In this document: positions 1 to 11,958 of the stretch, in pieces
Position numbering within the stretch: the first letter of the stretch is position 1
How the letters are laid out: every line of letters begins with the position of its first letter
Assembly: GCA_963785305.1 (NCBI GenBank)
Contig: CAWAUV010000004.1
Span: 288,001-352,000 of the forward strand
DNA from: an uncultured Planctomycetaceae bacterium
Lineage (GTDB): Bacteria > Planctomycetota > Planctomycetia > Pirellulales > PALSA-1355
DNA length: 64,000 bases
Direction of reading: 5' to 3'
Translations under genes and position numbers: made by a program
Notes under the pieces: generated by a model
What the model was told of the DNA's origin: nothing
What the model saw: the letters and a program-made list of their open reading frames with translations, nothing else
Databases searched by the model: none

Positions 1-595
1 CGAATTTTGGGCCCAGTTCGCGCACTCGTCGGCCGGCGGTCACGAGATTGTCCTCGCCCGTGAGGAGCTTGGCCTCGCTGTCGTTGAGCACCAAGCCATC
101 GATCCTGGAAAGCAGGGTGAGCAGATTGTCGCGATCGATGTTGATCCAGAGGTCCATCGTGTCGGCGACGGTGAGCGCGGCTCGCGGCGTTTGTTCGAGC
201 ACCTTGAGCTGCGTGGTCGTGGCGCCGTTGGCCAAGAACACATACCGCGCGTCGCGAAACGCCGACGGCAAGATGGGATCGAACTTGCCGAGCACATTGA
301 GCTGCACATCGACCGTGTCGCGATCGTTCATATTGGCGTGGTACTTTCCACTCCAGCGAAAAGTTTTTTCGCCCTGGGCCACCACGAGGCCCGCCGTGTC
401 GACGCCGCGCTTCGCCAGCAGCGATGTATGCTCGCCGGGCCAGTCATCGCCCACGACTCCCACCAACCGCACCGGGCCAAAGTAGCTGGCCGCATAGGAA
501 AAATACATGGCCGATCCGCCGGGCACGTCGTCGCGGCGATCGCGGGGTGTTTCCACCGAGTCGAGCGCCATCGAGCCAACCACCAAGAGCGACAT
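1..595 (-). CDS. PfkB-family carbohydrate kinase (partial, runs off window start)
   Basis: Manual translation from ATG at 595: MSLLVVGSMALDSVETP...PGGSAMYFSYAASYFGPVRLVGVVGDDWP...DTMDLWI...LNDSEAKLL, typical PfkB N-terminal motifs; not in ORF track because the stop is outside the window. Confidence 0.9.
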   Translation of the reverse strand, partial: MSLLVVGSMALDSVETPRDRRDDVPGGSAMYFSYAASYFGPVRLVGVVGDDWPGEHTSLLAKRGVDTAGLVVAQGEKTFRWSGKYHANMNDRDTVDVQLNVLGKFDPILPSAFRDARYVFLANGATTTQLKVLEQTPRAALTVADTMDLWINIDRDNLLTLLSRIDGLVLNDSEAKLLTGEDNLVTAGRRVRELGPKF

Positions 596-790
596 GCCGG
601 GGTCTCCGAATAGAAAATGAAATCTCGCGCCGCGCGGGTCCGAGGGCGCGGGCTCAACGCCATCGAGCGCGTTGCGCCGACCCGCGCCACGGCGTCGCGT
701 GGCGTTTGACTTCGAGCAATGCCGATATCGAGACGCACGCCTCGCCAGTCGAAATCTCTCGCTCGCCGGGCGTGACCGCGGACCAGGGAA

Positions 791-2989
791 TCAATGCATC
801 GACATTTCGCAGCTCACGCCGCCGGCCGCCGGCAAATACGCATAGCGAGTGTAGTCCATCACCATGCGATGGGCGCTGAACCGCCAGGCCAACGAACTGA
901 TCGAATTCATCATCCGCTGAATCCAGCCGCGCGGCAAACCATCGACATCGCGATCGTAGTAGAGCGGAATTACTTCATTTTCCAGCACGTCATACAGCGA
1001 CTCCGCGTCGCGCGCGTCCGTGATCTCGTCGGACACATGCACCTTGCCGTCGCCGATCGCGAAGCCATTCGCGCCATCGTAGGCTTCGGCCCACCAACCA
1101 TCGAGAATCGACATGTTCAAGGCGCCGTTGAGCACTGCCTTCTGACCGCTGGTGCCCGAGGCTTCCAGCGGACGCCGCGGATTGTTGAGCCACACATCGA
1201 CGCCTTGAACCAAGTGGCGACCGACGTTGATATCGTAGTCCTCGACGAACACGACCCGATTGTTGAAATGGCTATCGTGGCGGGCGTTCGCGATCTTGCG
1301 AATGAGCTGCTTGCCGGGTTCATCGGCCGGATGGGCCTTGCCGGCGAAAATCACCTGGATCGGCCGCTCGTTGTCATGCAACAATTTCGCGATGCGATCG
1401 ACATTCGAGAGGATCAGGTCGGCTCGCTTGTAAGTGGCGAAGCGGCGGGCGAATCCGATCGTGAGCACATTCGGATCGAGCAGGTTGCGCGCTGCTTCGA
1501 TCACGGCGTCGGGCTCGCCGCGGCGGCGGCATTGCCGGCTCACGCGCCGCCGGACAAAGGCCAGCAGCAAGTTCTTGAGCGAATAGTGCGTTTCCCAGAG
1601 CTCGCCCGGATCGACATGATGAATGCCCTGCCAGACGTCGGCCTCGCCCATGCGCGGTAGCCAGCCGACGGGGAAATTGCGATCGTAGAGCTGCAACATT
1701 TGCCAGGCGAGCCAACTGGGCACATGCACGCCGTTGGTGATATGGCCGATCGGAATTTCTTCTTCCACGCGCCACGGCCAGAGGTGGGCCCACATGCGGC
1801 GCGAGACGTGTCCATGCAGCGCGCTCACCGCGTTGGCCCGCCGCGAGAGCTTGAGGCCCAGCACCGTCATGCAGAAGGGTTCGCCCTCGTTGTGCGGCTC
1901 GACCCGGCCAAGGCCCATCATTTGTTCGTAGGAGATGCGGAGCGAATCGCGGAGCGGGCCAAGATGCTCTTCCATGAGCCCGCCATCGAAGCGATCGTGG
2001 CCGGCGGGCACCGGGGTGTGGGTCGTAAATACCGTGTGTTGAGCCACATCTCGCAGCGCGTTGTCGAAGCTCATGCCTTCGTTGTGCATCCGCTCGCGCA
2101 CGGCTTCCAGCGTGGCGAACACGCTGTGACCTTCGTTGAGATGATACACGCCCGGGGTGATGCCCATGGCGGCCAGGGCCTTCACGCCGCCCACGCCCAA
2201 CACGAGCTCCTGGCGAATGCGCACTCGCTGGTCGCCGCCATAGAGCCGGCTGGTGAGCGCGCGATCCTCGGGGCTATTGCCCTCGACATCGGAATCGAGC
2301 AAGAAGAGCTTCACGCGGCCGACGCGCATCAGCCACACCTTGGCCAGCAGCTTGCCGTGGCGCGTGTCGATCGAAACCTGCACATGCTTGCCTTGCTTGT
2401 CACAAGCCGGCTCCATCGGCAGCAGCTCGACCTTGGTGTCGAGATACTCTTCCTGCTGATAGCCGTTGCCATCGAGATGTTGCTTGAAATAACCTTGGTC
2501 GTAGAACAGACCAATGGCCACGAGCGGCACTCCCAAGCCGCTGGCGCTCTTGATATGGTCTCCCGAGAGCACGCCCAGGCCGCCGGAATAAATCGGCACC
2601 GCCTCGTGGATGCCGAATTCGGCCGAGAAATAGGCCACCGGCATGCTTCCCAGCACGCCGGCGTTTTGCCGGGACCAGGTTTGCTTGTTGTTCAGGTAGT
2701 CCTTGAGCCGGCGATAGGCGTAGTTGATGCGGCTATAGAGCACCAGTTCCGCGGCTCGCGTGTCGAGTCGCTCCGGCGTGAACTCGGAGAGAAGCGCGAT
2801 CGGGTTATGATCGAGCTGCCGCCAACGGATCGGATCCAAATCGCGGAACAGGTTGATCACTTCCGGATGCCAGGTCCACCACAGATTGCGGGCCAGGGCG
2901 ACGCACTTATCGTAAAGCGTCTGCGGTGTGAGTTGCGTGGCCAAAGGTCGGGTGATGCGCGCCGCGGGGGCCAGTTCAGTTTGGCTCAT
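791..2989 (-). CDS. glgP: Alpha-glucan (glycogen/maltodextrin) phosphorylase
   Basis: Motifs AYFSAEFG, YSGGLGVLSGDHIKSAS, HLNEGH, ARRFATYKRA, EASGTSGQK (PLP lysine region); ATG of MSQTE at 2989. Confidence 0.97.
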   Translation of the reverse strand: MSQTELAPAARITRPLATQLTPQTLYDKCVALARNLWWTWHPEVINLFRDLDPIRWRQLDHNPIALLSEFTPERLDTRAAELVLYSRINYAYRRLKDYLNNKQTWSRQNAGVLGSMPVAYFSAEFGIHEAVPIYSGGLGVLSGDHIKSASGLGVPLVAIGLFYDQGYFKQHLDGNGYQQEEYLDTKVELLPMEPACDKQGKHVQVSIDTRHGKLLAKVWLMRVGRVKLFLLDSDVEGNSPEDRALTSRLYGGDQRVRIRQELVLGVGGVKALAAMGITPGVYHLNEGHSVFATLEAVRERMHNEGMSFDNALRDVAQHTVFTTHTPVPAGHDRFDGGLMEEHLGPLRDSLRISYEQMMGLGRVEPHNEGEPFCMTVLGLKLSRRANAVSALHGHVSRRMWAHLWPWRVEEEIPIGHITNGVHVPSWLAWQMLQLYDRNFPVGWLPRMGEADVWQGIHHVDPGELWETHYSLKNLLLAFVRRRVSRQCRRRGEPDAVIEAARNLLDPNVLTIGFARRFATYKRADLILSNVDRIAKLLHDNERPIQVIFAGKAHPADEPGKQLIRKIANARHDSHFNNRVVFVEDYDINVGRHLVQGVDVWLNNPRRPLEASGTSGQKAVLNGALNMSILDGWWAEAYDGANGFAIGDGKVHVSDEITDARDAESLYDVLENEVIPLYYDRDVDGLPRGWIQRMMNSISSLAWRFSAHRMVMDYTRYAYLPAAGGVSCEMSMH

Positions 2990-3572
2990 TCGATTCCTCT
3001 CCAATCCAGGCTACGAAAATCAGCGGTGAAAACCCAAGTGGGGTGAAAAACGTCCGTCGAGGAAATCAATCCCCGCCGGAACCCGAAGCATTACCGCCCT
3101 CGCGGCGAACAACCCTTTCGCCATCGAAAATATTGTCGCCGCGAAAATCCAATCGCTCTCGAAAAGTGGACCCCTTCGAGAGTCCGTCGCGTTCAGAATC
3201 CCCCCTCCCGCCAAGCGAAGAATGTTCATCGCCGGCTATCGAGCCGCTGGTCCTTTCGCTAGTTCGCCGAAGGCCAAACGTTGCCTGGTCTCGATCGCTG
3301 GCATAGACTGGTCGTGATTAGAACGCATTTTGCTCGCTAAGAAAAGCGGCTGATTTTGACATTCGGCCGTTTTTAACCGCGGCGTTAGAATTGGCGCGAG
3401 TGTCAAGTCAAAGCCGGACCAAGCCCGGAAAAAAACAGGCGCCGCCGGCTTCCACGCGCCAGACGAGACCACGCCGCGCTCGACCGAAACCATTCGACCA
3501 GCCGGCAGCCCCCGCTTGATACAAACTTTCGGACTGGCCTCCCGACGGCCTTTCGCAAGCAGAGCGCTTTGC

Positions 3573-4652
3573 ATGCACGACTCGCGAATCATCCGTTCGC
3601 TGGCGGATCCGATGCTCGATCAGCTTTGCGCCGCGCTCGCCGCGCTGGCGCCGGAGCTTGATCGCGGCGGGCACTGGCCCGGCGAGCAGTTGCGACTCGC
3701 GGGCGAGCACGGCGTGTTCGCCTGGTTTCAAGACGAAGCCTGGGGCGGGCTCGGGTGGAGCGAGGCCGATCTGCTTCGCGGCTACTTGCGTCTCGGGGCC
3801 GGATGCCTCACGACCTCGTTCATCGTCACCCAGCGGGCCGCCGCTTCGTCGCGCATCGCGGCCGGTGATAGCCACGCCGCCCGCGAGCGCTGGTTGCCCG
3901 ACCTTGCGGCCGGAAAAATCTTTGCCACCGTGGCGATCTCGCATCTCACCACAAGCCGCCGCCACTTGGCCAAGCCGGTGCTCGCGGCGACCGAAACCCC
4001 GCGAGGTTTCGTGTTGAATGGCTTTAGCCCCTGGGTCACCGGGGGCAGCCATGCCCAGGTGATCGTGGTCGGGGCGACGCTCGACGATGGCGGCCAGATT
4101 CTCGTCGCCGTGCCCACCGATTTGCCGGGCGTTTCTCCCGCGCCAGGTCAAGCGCTCGTGGGGCTGGCCGCCAGCCATACCGGCGAAGTGCGTCTCGATT
4201 CCGTGGAAGTCAAGCGTGAGTGGCTCTTGGCCGGGCCGGCGGAAAATGTAATGAAGCTCGGCAAGAGCTCCGGCGCGGGCGGATTGCAAACGAGCGCCCT
4301 GGCGATTGGCCATGCGGCGGCGGCGATCGGCTACCTTCGGGCCGAAAGCGCCGCGCGCCCCGAACTCTTGGCGCCGGCCGCGGAACTGCAAAACGAACAA
4401 GGCACGTTGGCCGACGACATGCTCCGTCTGGCGATCGGCGCCGGCGATTGTAGCGCCGAACAAGTGCGGGCTCGCGCCAATAGCTTGGCGCTGCGGGCCA
4501 GCCAATCGGCGCTCGCGGCAGCCAAGGGCGCGGGATATGTCGTCGGTCATCCGGCCGGCCGATGGTGCCGCGAAGCGCTATTCTTTCTGGTATGGAGCTG
4601 CCCCCAACCGGTCATGGCGGCCAACCTCTGCGAACTCGCCGGACTCGACTGA
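3573..4652 (+). CDS. Acyl-CoA dehydrogenase family protein
   Basis: ERWLPDLAAGKIFATVAISHL, FVLNGFSPWVTG, TGEVRLDSVEV, ALAAAKGAGY; ACAD-like fold. Confidence 0.85.
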   Translation: MHDSRIIRSLADPMLDQLCAALAALAPELDRGGHWPGEQLRLAGEHGVFAWFQDEAWGGLGWSEADLLRGYLRLGAGCLTTSFIVTQRAAASSRIAAGDSHAARERWLPDLAAGKIFATVAISHLTTSRRHLAKPVLAATETPRGFVLNGFSPWVTGGSHAQVIVVGATLDDGGQILVAVPTDLPGVSPAPGQALVGLAASHTGEVRLDSVEVKREWLLAGPAENVMKLGKSSGAGGLQTSALAIGHAAAAIGYLRAESAARPELLAPAAELQNEQGTLADDMLRLAIGAGDCSAEQVRARANSLALRASQSALAAAKGAGYVVGHPAGRWCREALFFLVWSCPQPVMAANLCELAGLD

Positions 4653-4712
4653 TCGTCGCCGCGGTCCCAACGAAAAGCCTGCGCGAAGGCTTGGATCGGG
4701 GACCAGGACAGC

Positions 4713-5285
4713 CTATTTGTCCTTGGTTTTGATCACCGCGCCGCTCGCTCCGTCGATTTGCACTTCTTTCACTTTGTCGTCCACCAGCAGGCCGACTTCA
4801 AAGACCAGCTTTCCGGTCTTTTTCTTGAAATCAGGCTCGGCCACGAGGCAGCGGCCCTCGGGCACGTGCTTCATGGCGATCGCGATGGCCTGGGCGAGCG
4901 TCGTGGCCGCTTCGGCCGCGGCGGTTTCGGCTTTGACTTCCTCGGCCTCGGACTTCAGTTCCTCGGCCGAAACATCTTCGACTCCCTCGATCTTTCCGGT
5001 CACGGCGTCGATTTCGACTTCCTTGTGCTTGCCATCGACAAGGATCTCGACCTCGAAATCGAGCTCGTCTTTTTCGGCCTTGAGCTCGGCCGAGACCGCT
5101 TTGCCCGGTACTTTTTCCAACGCGATCGCCACGGCTTCGGCAAGCGTGATCTTGGCCTCGGCGAGCGCTTTCTTGGCGGCCGCCGGGTCCTTGTCGAGAT
5201 CGCCCTCGGCCCGCGCGCCGCCGGGCACGGCCAACATGCCGAGCAGTCCCGCCAACGCGACAATTTTCATCAATGATTGTTTCAT
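4713..5285 (-). CDS. Secreted protein with two PepSY-like domains
   Basis: Signal peptide (MKQSLMKIVALAGLLGMLAVPGGARA) then two repeats ITLAEAVAIAL..VPG...EVEIDAVTGKI / TTLAQAIAIAM..VPEG...EVQIDGASGAV. Confidence 0.85.
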   Translation of the reverse strand: MKQSLMKIVALAGLLGMLAVPGGARAEGDLDKDPAAAKKALAEAKITLAEAVAIALEKVPGKAVSAELKAEKDELDFEVEILVDGKHKEVEIDAVTGKIEGVEDVSAEELKSEAEEVKAETAAAEAATTLAQAIAIAMKHVPEGRCLVAEPDFKKKTGKLVFEVGLLVDDKVKEVQIDGASGAVIKTKDK

Positions 5286-5566
5286 GGCATTGTTCCTGAT
5301 AAAGCTTCGGTTGAGTGTTCGATGTAAGAGTGCCGGTCGCGGCGGCAATCGCCCGGCGCCGGGCTCGTCGGCAGGCCCCGCGGGCCGCAGCCTACCCGAC
5401 GCTTGTTAGGGCCGCATGAGCCATTCGCGGAAAAGCGGCGGAAAGGGGCCTGCTGGCGGAAAGGCGCGCCGGCAAAGTAGACTGTTCGTGGCCACCGGGT
5501 CGCATGCGCGGCGCCGGGGTCGTGTTGCGGCGGGCGTTCATCAATTCTTTTGGCGGGAAAAAAATT

Positions 5567-6519
5567 ATGCGATCGTCGTATCGAACCAGGGTGATGTCGT
5601 CGTTCTTCGCTTTCGCCTTAACCGGAGCCGTGGCCGCGAGCGCGGGGGTTCTTGCCGCGCCGCACGCGCGAGCCGACGAGATTCGGCATTCGTTTTTCAT
5701 CGCCGGGCCCAACTTCACCGGCATTATCGACGAGGCGGGCCAAGAAGTCTGGGACTCGGGCCGCGCCGCGCGCGCGATGGCTTTGTGTTGCCCAGTGGCA
5801 ATGTGCTCATCGCTTGGGCCGATGAAGTCAAGGAACTCACGCGCGACAAGAAGGTGGTGTTCCACTATGCCCGCTCACCCGAAAACGGCGAGATCGGTTC
5901 GGTTGTGCGTCTACCCAGCGGAGCGACCTTGATTTCCGAGGAGGGCCGCAAGCCGCGGTTGCGTGAGATCGACTCCTCGGGCAATATTCTCAGCGAAACC
6001 CCGCTCGTGCCCGAAACCGACAACACCCACATGCAGACTCGCATGGCCCGCAAGCTCCCCAGCGGCAACTATCTTGTTCCGCACTTGCTCGCGTTTAAGG
6101 TCAAGGAATACACGCCCGCGGGCGAAGTCGTAAACGCGATCGCCACCGATCTACCCGAGTTGGGTGGTCGCGCGGTGGAGGATTGGCCATTCACGGCGAT
6201 TCGCTTGGATGACGGGGTCACGCTCGTCAACCTCACGCATGGCAACAAGACGGTCGAATTCGACGCCGCGGGCCATGTGATCTGGAAAATCTCGAACGAC
6301 GACTTCGCCGAAAAACCGTTTGCCGATCCTTGCGGCTGCCAGCGCTTGCCGAATGGCAACACGGTGATCGCCAGCTATGCGGCACAACAGGGAATCAAGG
6401 TTTTCGAAGTGACGCGCGAAAAGAAGTTGGTGTGGAAATACGAGGGCAAGAACCGCGCCCATGAAATTCAAATTCTCACGACCAATGGCGTAGCACTCGG
6501 CGGCGAGCCCTTGAAATGA
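5567..6519 (+). CDS. Secreted beta-propeller repeat protein (frameshift near 5770)
   Basis: Signal peptide in ORF 5504..5932 joins ORF 5416..6519 with repeated RLPSG/RLPNGNT units and W-ending blades. Confidence 0.7.
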
Positions 6520-6573
6520 ATGGGCCCACGCGAGATTCGTTTAAGAGCCTTTCGTTGCTCGGCGCATGAAAAT

Positions 6574-6606
6574 AGGCGCCTCGGTCCGCGGGGACTCGAG
6601 GCGCCT
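6574..6606. terminator. Hairpin between convergent genes
   Basis: AGGCGCCTCG (6574-6583) and CGAGGCGCCT (6597-6606) inverted repeat. Confidence 0.5.
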
Positions 6607-6647
6607 TCTACGAACATTCAGTTTTCGCTATGTCGCGAGCCGCGACT

Positions 6648-7973
<1,326 letters not shown>

Positions 7974-8228
7974 TCTAGGTCTCGTGGGAACACCCAGGAC
8001 CGAATGTGACGAACGCGCGTCGCGTTCTCAGAAAGCCATTGGACCTGGCGACAATCCGATGGCCAAAGTCTGGCGATAGGAAAGAAGTTCTCAGTAATTT
8101 AGCATGCGAACCGGCGCCCGTCGAGGGCGAAAGCGATTTATTTCGCCGGAATTCGTGGCGCCCGCGTCGCTCCAATCGTTTCCAGCGCTCAGGCTTCACC
8201 ATGAACAACCAGCCTGGTTCGCTGCTTG

Positions 8229-9370
8229 CTACACGCGCAAAAAATGAGGCCAGATCGCGTCGCTCACGAAAAGCCCCTCGCGCGTGAGCCGCACCCGAAT
8301 CCCATCGTCGGCTAGCATGCCGGCCGACACGAACTTCGAGATTGCCTCGCCCGCGAGCGCATCGAGCGAGTGGCCCGAAGCGGCGAGAAAAGCCGCGCAC
8401 TCGACGCCGCCAATGCGACGCAGGCCGAACACGAGCATCTCTCTGGCGCGATCTTCATCGTCGAGCGTTTCGGATTCGGCGACCGGCGAGCGACCGGCGA
8501 GCATGCGCCGGATATAAGTGGTCGTGCTGCGATGGTTCATCTGGCGTCGACCACCCACATAACTTGCAGCGCCCGGCCCCACGGCAAAGTAAGCGCCTCC
8601 GGCCCAGTAGTTTTCATTGTGCCGGCATCGCTGTCCGACACGGGCAAAGTTCGACACTTCGTAATGCTCATACCCGGCGGTCGTGAGCGAATCGATCGCC
8701 CGAGCGTGGAAATCTCGCTCCAGTTCCTCATCGGCCTGAGTCAGCAATCCCTTGGCTCGCCGACTCCAAAAGGCGGCTCCGCGCTCGAATGTCAGTCCAT
8801 AGGTGGATACATGCGCCGGCCCTAGGTCGATCGCGGCCTCGAGGTCGGCTTGCCAGGTCGCGCGGGTCTCGCCGGGACAGCCGAAGATCAAGTCGAGCGA
8901 CACTTGCGGAAATGCGGCGGCCGCCAATGCGAAGGCCCGCGCAATCGTCTCGGGCGAGTGATCGCGTTCCAAGACCGCGAGTTTGCCGCGGTCGAACGAC
9001 TGGGCGCCCAAGCTGATTCGCGTGACGCCGCGCGCGGCCAGCCGCCGACACAGCGGTGGCGAGATGTCGATCGGATTGGCCTCGACACTTAGTTCGGCGG
9101 CGGGCGCGAGGGAAAAACTTCCGGCGAGGAGATCGAACAGACGCTCGAGCGCCGCGGGGGACAGACGCGTGGGAGTGCCGCCGCCGAGAAAGAGCGTGTC
9201 CAGCGCGTGGGGACCGCCGAGCGCCGCCAAGCTCGATCGCGAGCGCGTCGAGATAATGATCCATGAGATCATCGCGGCCGGCAAGCAGGGTGAAATTGCA
9301 ATATCCGCACCGATGCGCAGAAAGGCACATGTACATATGCCGACCTCGGCGCCGCTTGGCAGTCAAACAT
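8229..9370 (-). CDS. hemW: Radical SAM heme chaperone HemW (HemN-like), frameshifted
   Basis: SAYVHVPFC..CGYCNF (CX3CX2C split by an indel), GGGTPT, EANP, YEVSNFA, HNENYW; pieces in ORFs 8728..9366 and 8229..9284. Confidence 0.88.
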
Positions 9371-9450
9371 CGAGCGGTATCTGAAAGACGAGGGAAGTAA
9401 AAAAATGATCTTGCGCCGTGTCGCTCTCACATTCGATCCACGGATTCCTT

Positions 9451-9531
9451 AAAGCCTATCCGGCGACATCGCGCACTTCACTCACGGAAGATCACGGGGC
9501 GTGGGCCACGCGGAGCGCTCGGATAGGCTTT
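9451..9531. repeat. Short element bounded by 12-bp inverted repeats (MITE-like)
   Basis: AAAGCCTATCCG (9451-9462) and CGGATAGGCTTT (9520-9531); related ends at 24234 and 29618. Confidence 0.5.
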
Positions 9532-9952
9532 CAATCGCCACGCGCGCACTGCCTCATTTCAGAAGCAATGCGATTTCAATCCGAATCCTATCTATTACCG
9601 CGGCTCCAAGCCACCCTTGCGATGGGTGGAACACGCGAGAAACAATTCGGCGAAATCCACGCGTCGCCCATCCCTCGAAGCCGATTTCCCGGAACGCTTC
9701 AATATCGGGGTGGCGTGCAAAAGCGCAGCCGGCTTGGCCCCGCGCGACTGGTGTCGCCGAAGCTCAAATGAATCTCAAAACATCGTGGCCCCGTGAATTG
9801 CAGGAAGATTGACATGCAAAAAAGTCGCGAAAACATGAAAGGGCTAGTTGACTCAGTTCACGACCGCGTATACTGTAACTATCTTTCACTTTCCCGCGAT
9901 GGGCGAGAACCCTTTCCGTTTTACCGTTTTTAATTTCAATGTAAGGCGCCGC

Positions 9953-10312
9953 ATGGCAACAAAGAAAAAAGCGAAGCGAACCGATCCCAAGAAAAACAAG
10001 AGCCTGGCGATTCGAATGGCGCTCGGGCAAATGCCCGAGGCCAAGGCCACGGAAATCGTCGATCTTGTCAAGAAAGAGTATGGGCACGCCATTTCGCTGA
10101 ACATGGTTTACATGGTCAAGGCCAAGACCAATGCCGCGGCCCATGCCGAGACCAGCGGAGGCAATGGCAAGGAAGCGACCTCGACCAAAGGCCAGATTCC
10201 GATCACCTCGGCCGCCAATTGGGTCAACGCGATCAAGCATGCCAAGAACCTGCTTGTCGAAGTGGGCGGCGTGGACAACGCCGTCGCGCTCCTCAAAGCG
10301 GTCAACGCTTGA
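9953..10312 (+). CDS. Small basic hypothetical protein, possible DNA-binding HTH-like protein
   Basis: MATKKKAK...NKSLAIRMAL...KATEIVDLVKKEYG..ISLNMVYMVK...AKNLLVEVGGVDNAVALLK; clean codon usage. Confidence 0.7.
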   Translation: MATKKKAKRTDPKKNKSLAIRMALGQMPEAKATEIVDLVKKEYGHAISLNMVYMVKAKTNAAAHAETSGGNGKEATSTKGQIPITSAANWVNAIKHAKNLLVEVGGVDNAVALLKAVNA

Positions 10313-10637
10313 CGCGGACGCGCCGGGGCGAGCAGCCTTCGCGCGCAAGCAACACCTATTCCGCCCAACGCCGCGGCAGCCCGAACCTACGGCTCGCCGC
10401 GGCGTTTGGCTTGTTGGAAACGGCCCGCCGCGCGAAATTGGCCGCCCCCAAGGAATTCCCCCCGTCCAGGCATTTCCCTCGCAAGGGCCGTTCTAGCCAA
10501 TTGCATTTCCAGCATCGGCGCATTCCGCCGGGGCCGCCGGCCGGGCCCAGTGTTCTTCCCGACGAAGAGGGTTTACAGCTTCGCCCTGGGGCATCACAAT
10601 CGAGCGTTTACATCTTCACCCCATGAGCGAGTTTGCC

Positions 10638-11731
10638 ATGACGACGGAGCGAGTTTACAACTTTTCGCCGGGACCGGCGATCTTGCCGAAATCGGTGCTC
10701 GAACAAGCCCAACGCGATCTGGTTTCCTTGCCGGGCGTGGGCATGTCGGTGATGGAGCTAAGCCATCGCTCGAAAACCTTCGAGGCGATCTTGGGCGAAG
10801 CCCGCGCTGTTGCAAGAACTGCTGAAAATTCCCTCGGGCTATAGCGTGCTCTTTCTCCAGGGTGGCGCGAGTTTGCAGTTCAGCATGCTGCCGATGAATT
10901 ATCTGCGCGGATCGAAGAAGGCGCCGATTACATCGTCACCGGAACTTGGGGCGGCAAAGCCCTGCAAGAAGCCAAGCGCGAGGGCACGGTCCATGTCGCC
11001 TGGGATGGCAAGGCCAACAAGTACTCAAGCCTGCCGGCCAAGGGCGAGTTGAAGCTCACGCCCGGCGCCGCCTATGTACACTACACATCGAACGAAACCA
11101 TTCAAGGCGTGCAGTTCCCGGTCGAGCCCGACTCGGCCGGCGCTCCGCTGGTTTGCGACGCCTCGAGCGATTTCGTCTCGCGGCCCGTGGCGGTCGGCAA
11201 GCATGCGCTGATCTATGCCTGCGCCAGAAAAACGCCGGCATCTCGGGCGTGACCACCGTCATTGCGAGCGACGAGTTCTTGGCTCGCGGCGGCAAGGACC
11301 TGCCGGCGATGCTCGACTATCGCCTTCAGGCCGAGAATCAATCGCTGTACAACACCCCGCCGACGTTCGCCATCTATATCACCATGCTGATCGGTCGCTG
11401 GATTCGCGACGAAATCGGCGGGCTCGAAAAGATGGCCGAGCTCAATCGCCGCAAGAGCAAGCTGCTCTACGACGCGATCGATTCGAGCTCCGGCTTTTAT
11501 CGGGGTCATGCCGAAAAATCGTGCCGCTCCGATATGAACGTCACCTTCCGCCTGCCGAGCGAGGAACTCGAAGCCACCTTCGCCAGCGAAGCCAAACAAC
11601 ACAAGCTGGTCGAGCTCAAGGGGCATCGCTCCGTGGGCGGGATTCGCGCCTCGATCTACAATGCCATGCCGCTCCAGGGCGTCGAGACGCTGCGCGACTA
11701 TATGGTCGACTTTCAGAAAAAACATGGCTGA
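10638..11731 (+). CDS. serC: Phosphoserine aminotransferase, several indels
   Basis: [65 protein letters not shown] across four track ORFs. Confidence 0.95.
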
Positions 11732-11958
11732 GAGCCCGATCGTCGAACGTCGCGGGCGCGATTAAACGCGCGGTCGAAGTCGCGCCCGCGGCGCCCTCCG
11801 CTCGACCACCGCGAGGCTTTCGCGACCGCCCCGGGTCGCGAACCTCGCTTTTTGTTTTAGGGCGTTGGCTTTATAGTGGAAGTAGTGGCGCATTCGATTC
11901 GTATCCCGCGAACCTGGCGCGGGCGTTTCTGAAACCGTGATTACAAAGGCCCCTTGTC

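Noticed and set aside
3190..3213. GTTCAGAATCCCCCCTCCCGCCA resembles a tRNA 3' end
   Set aside because: No proper TTCGA loop and no cloverleaf upstream
10623..11731. serC and similar broken genes as pseudogenes or programmed frameshifts
   Set aside because: Motifs are intact and indels are window-wide; only the IS3 A7G site fits known programmed frameshifting
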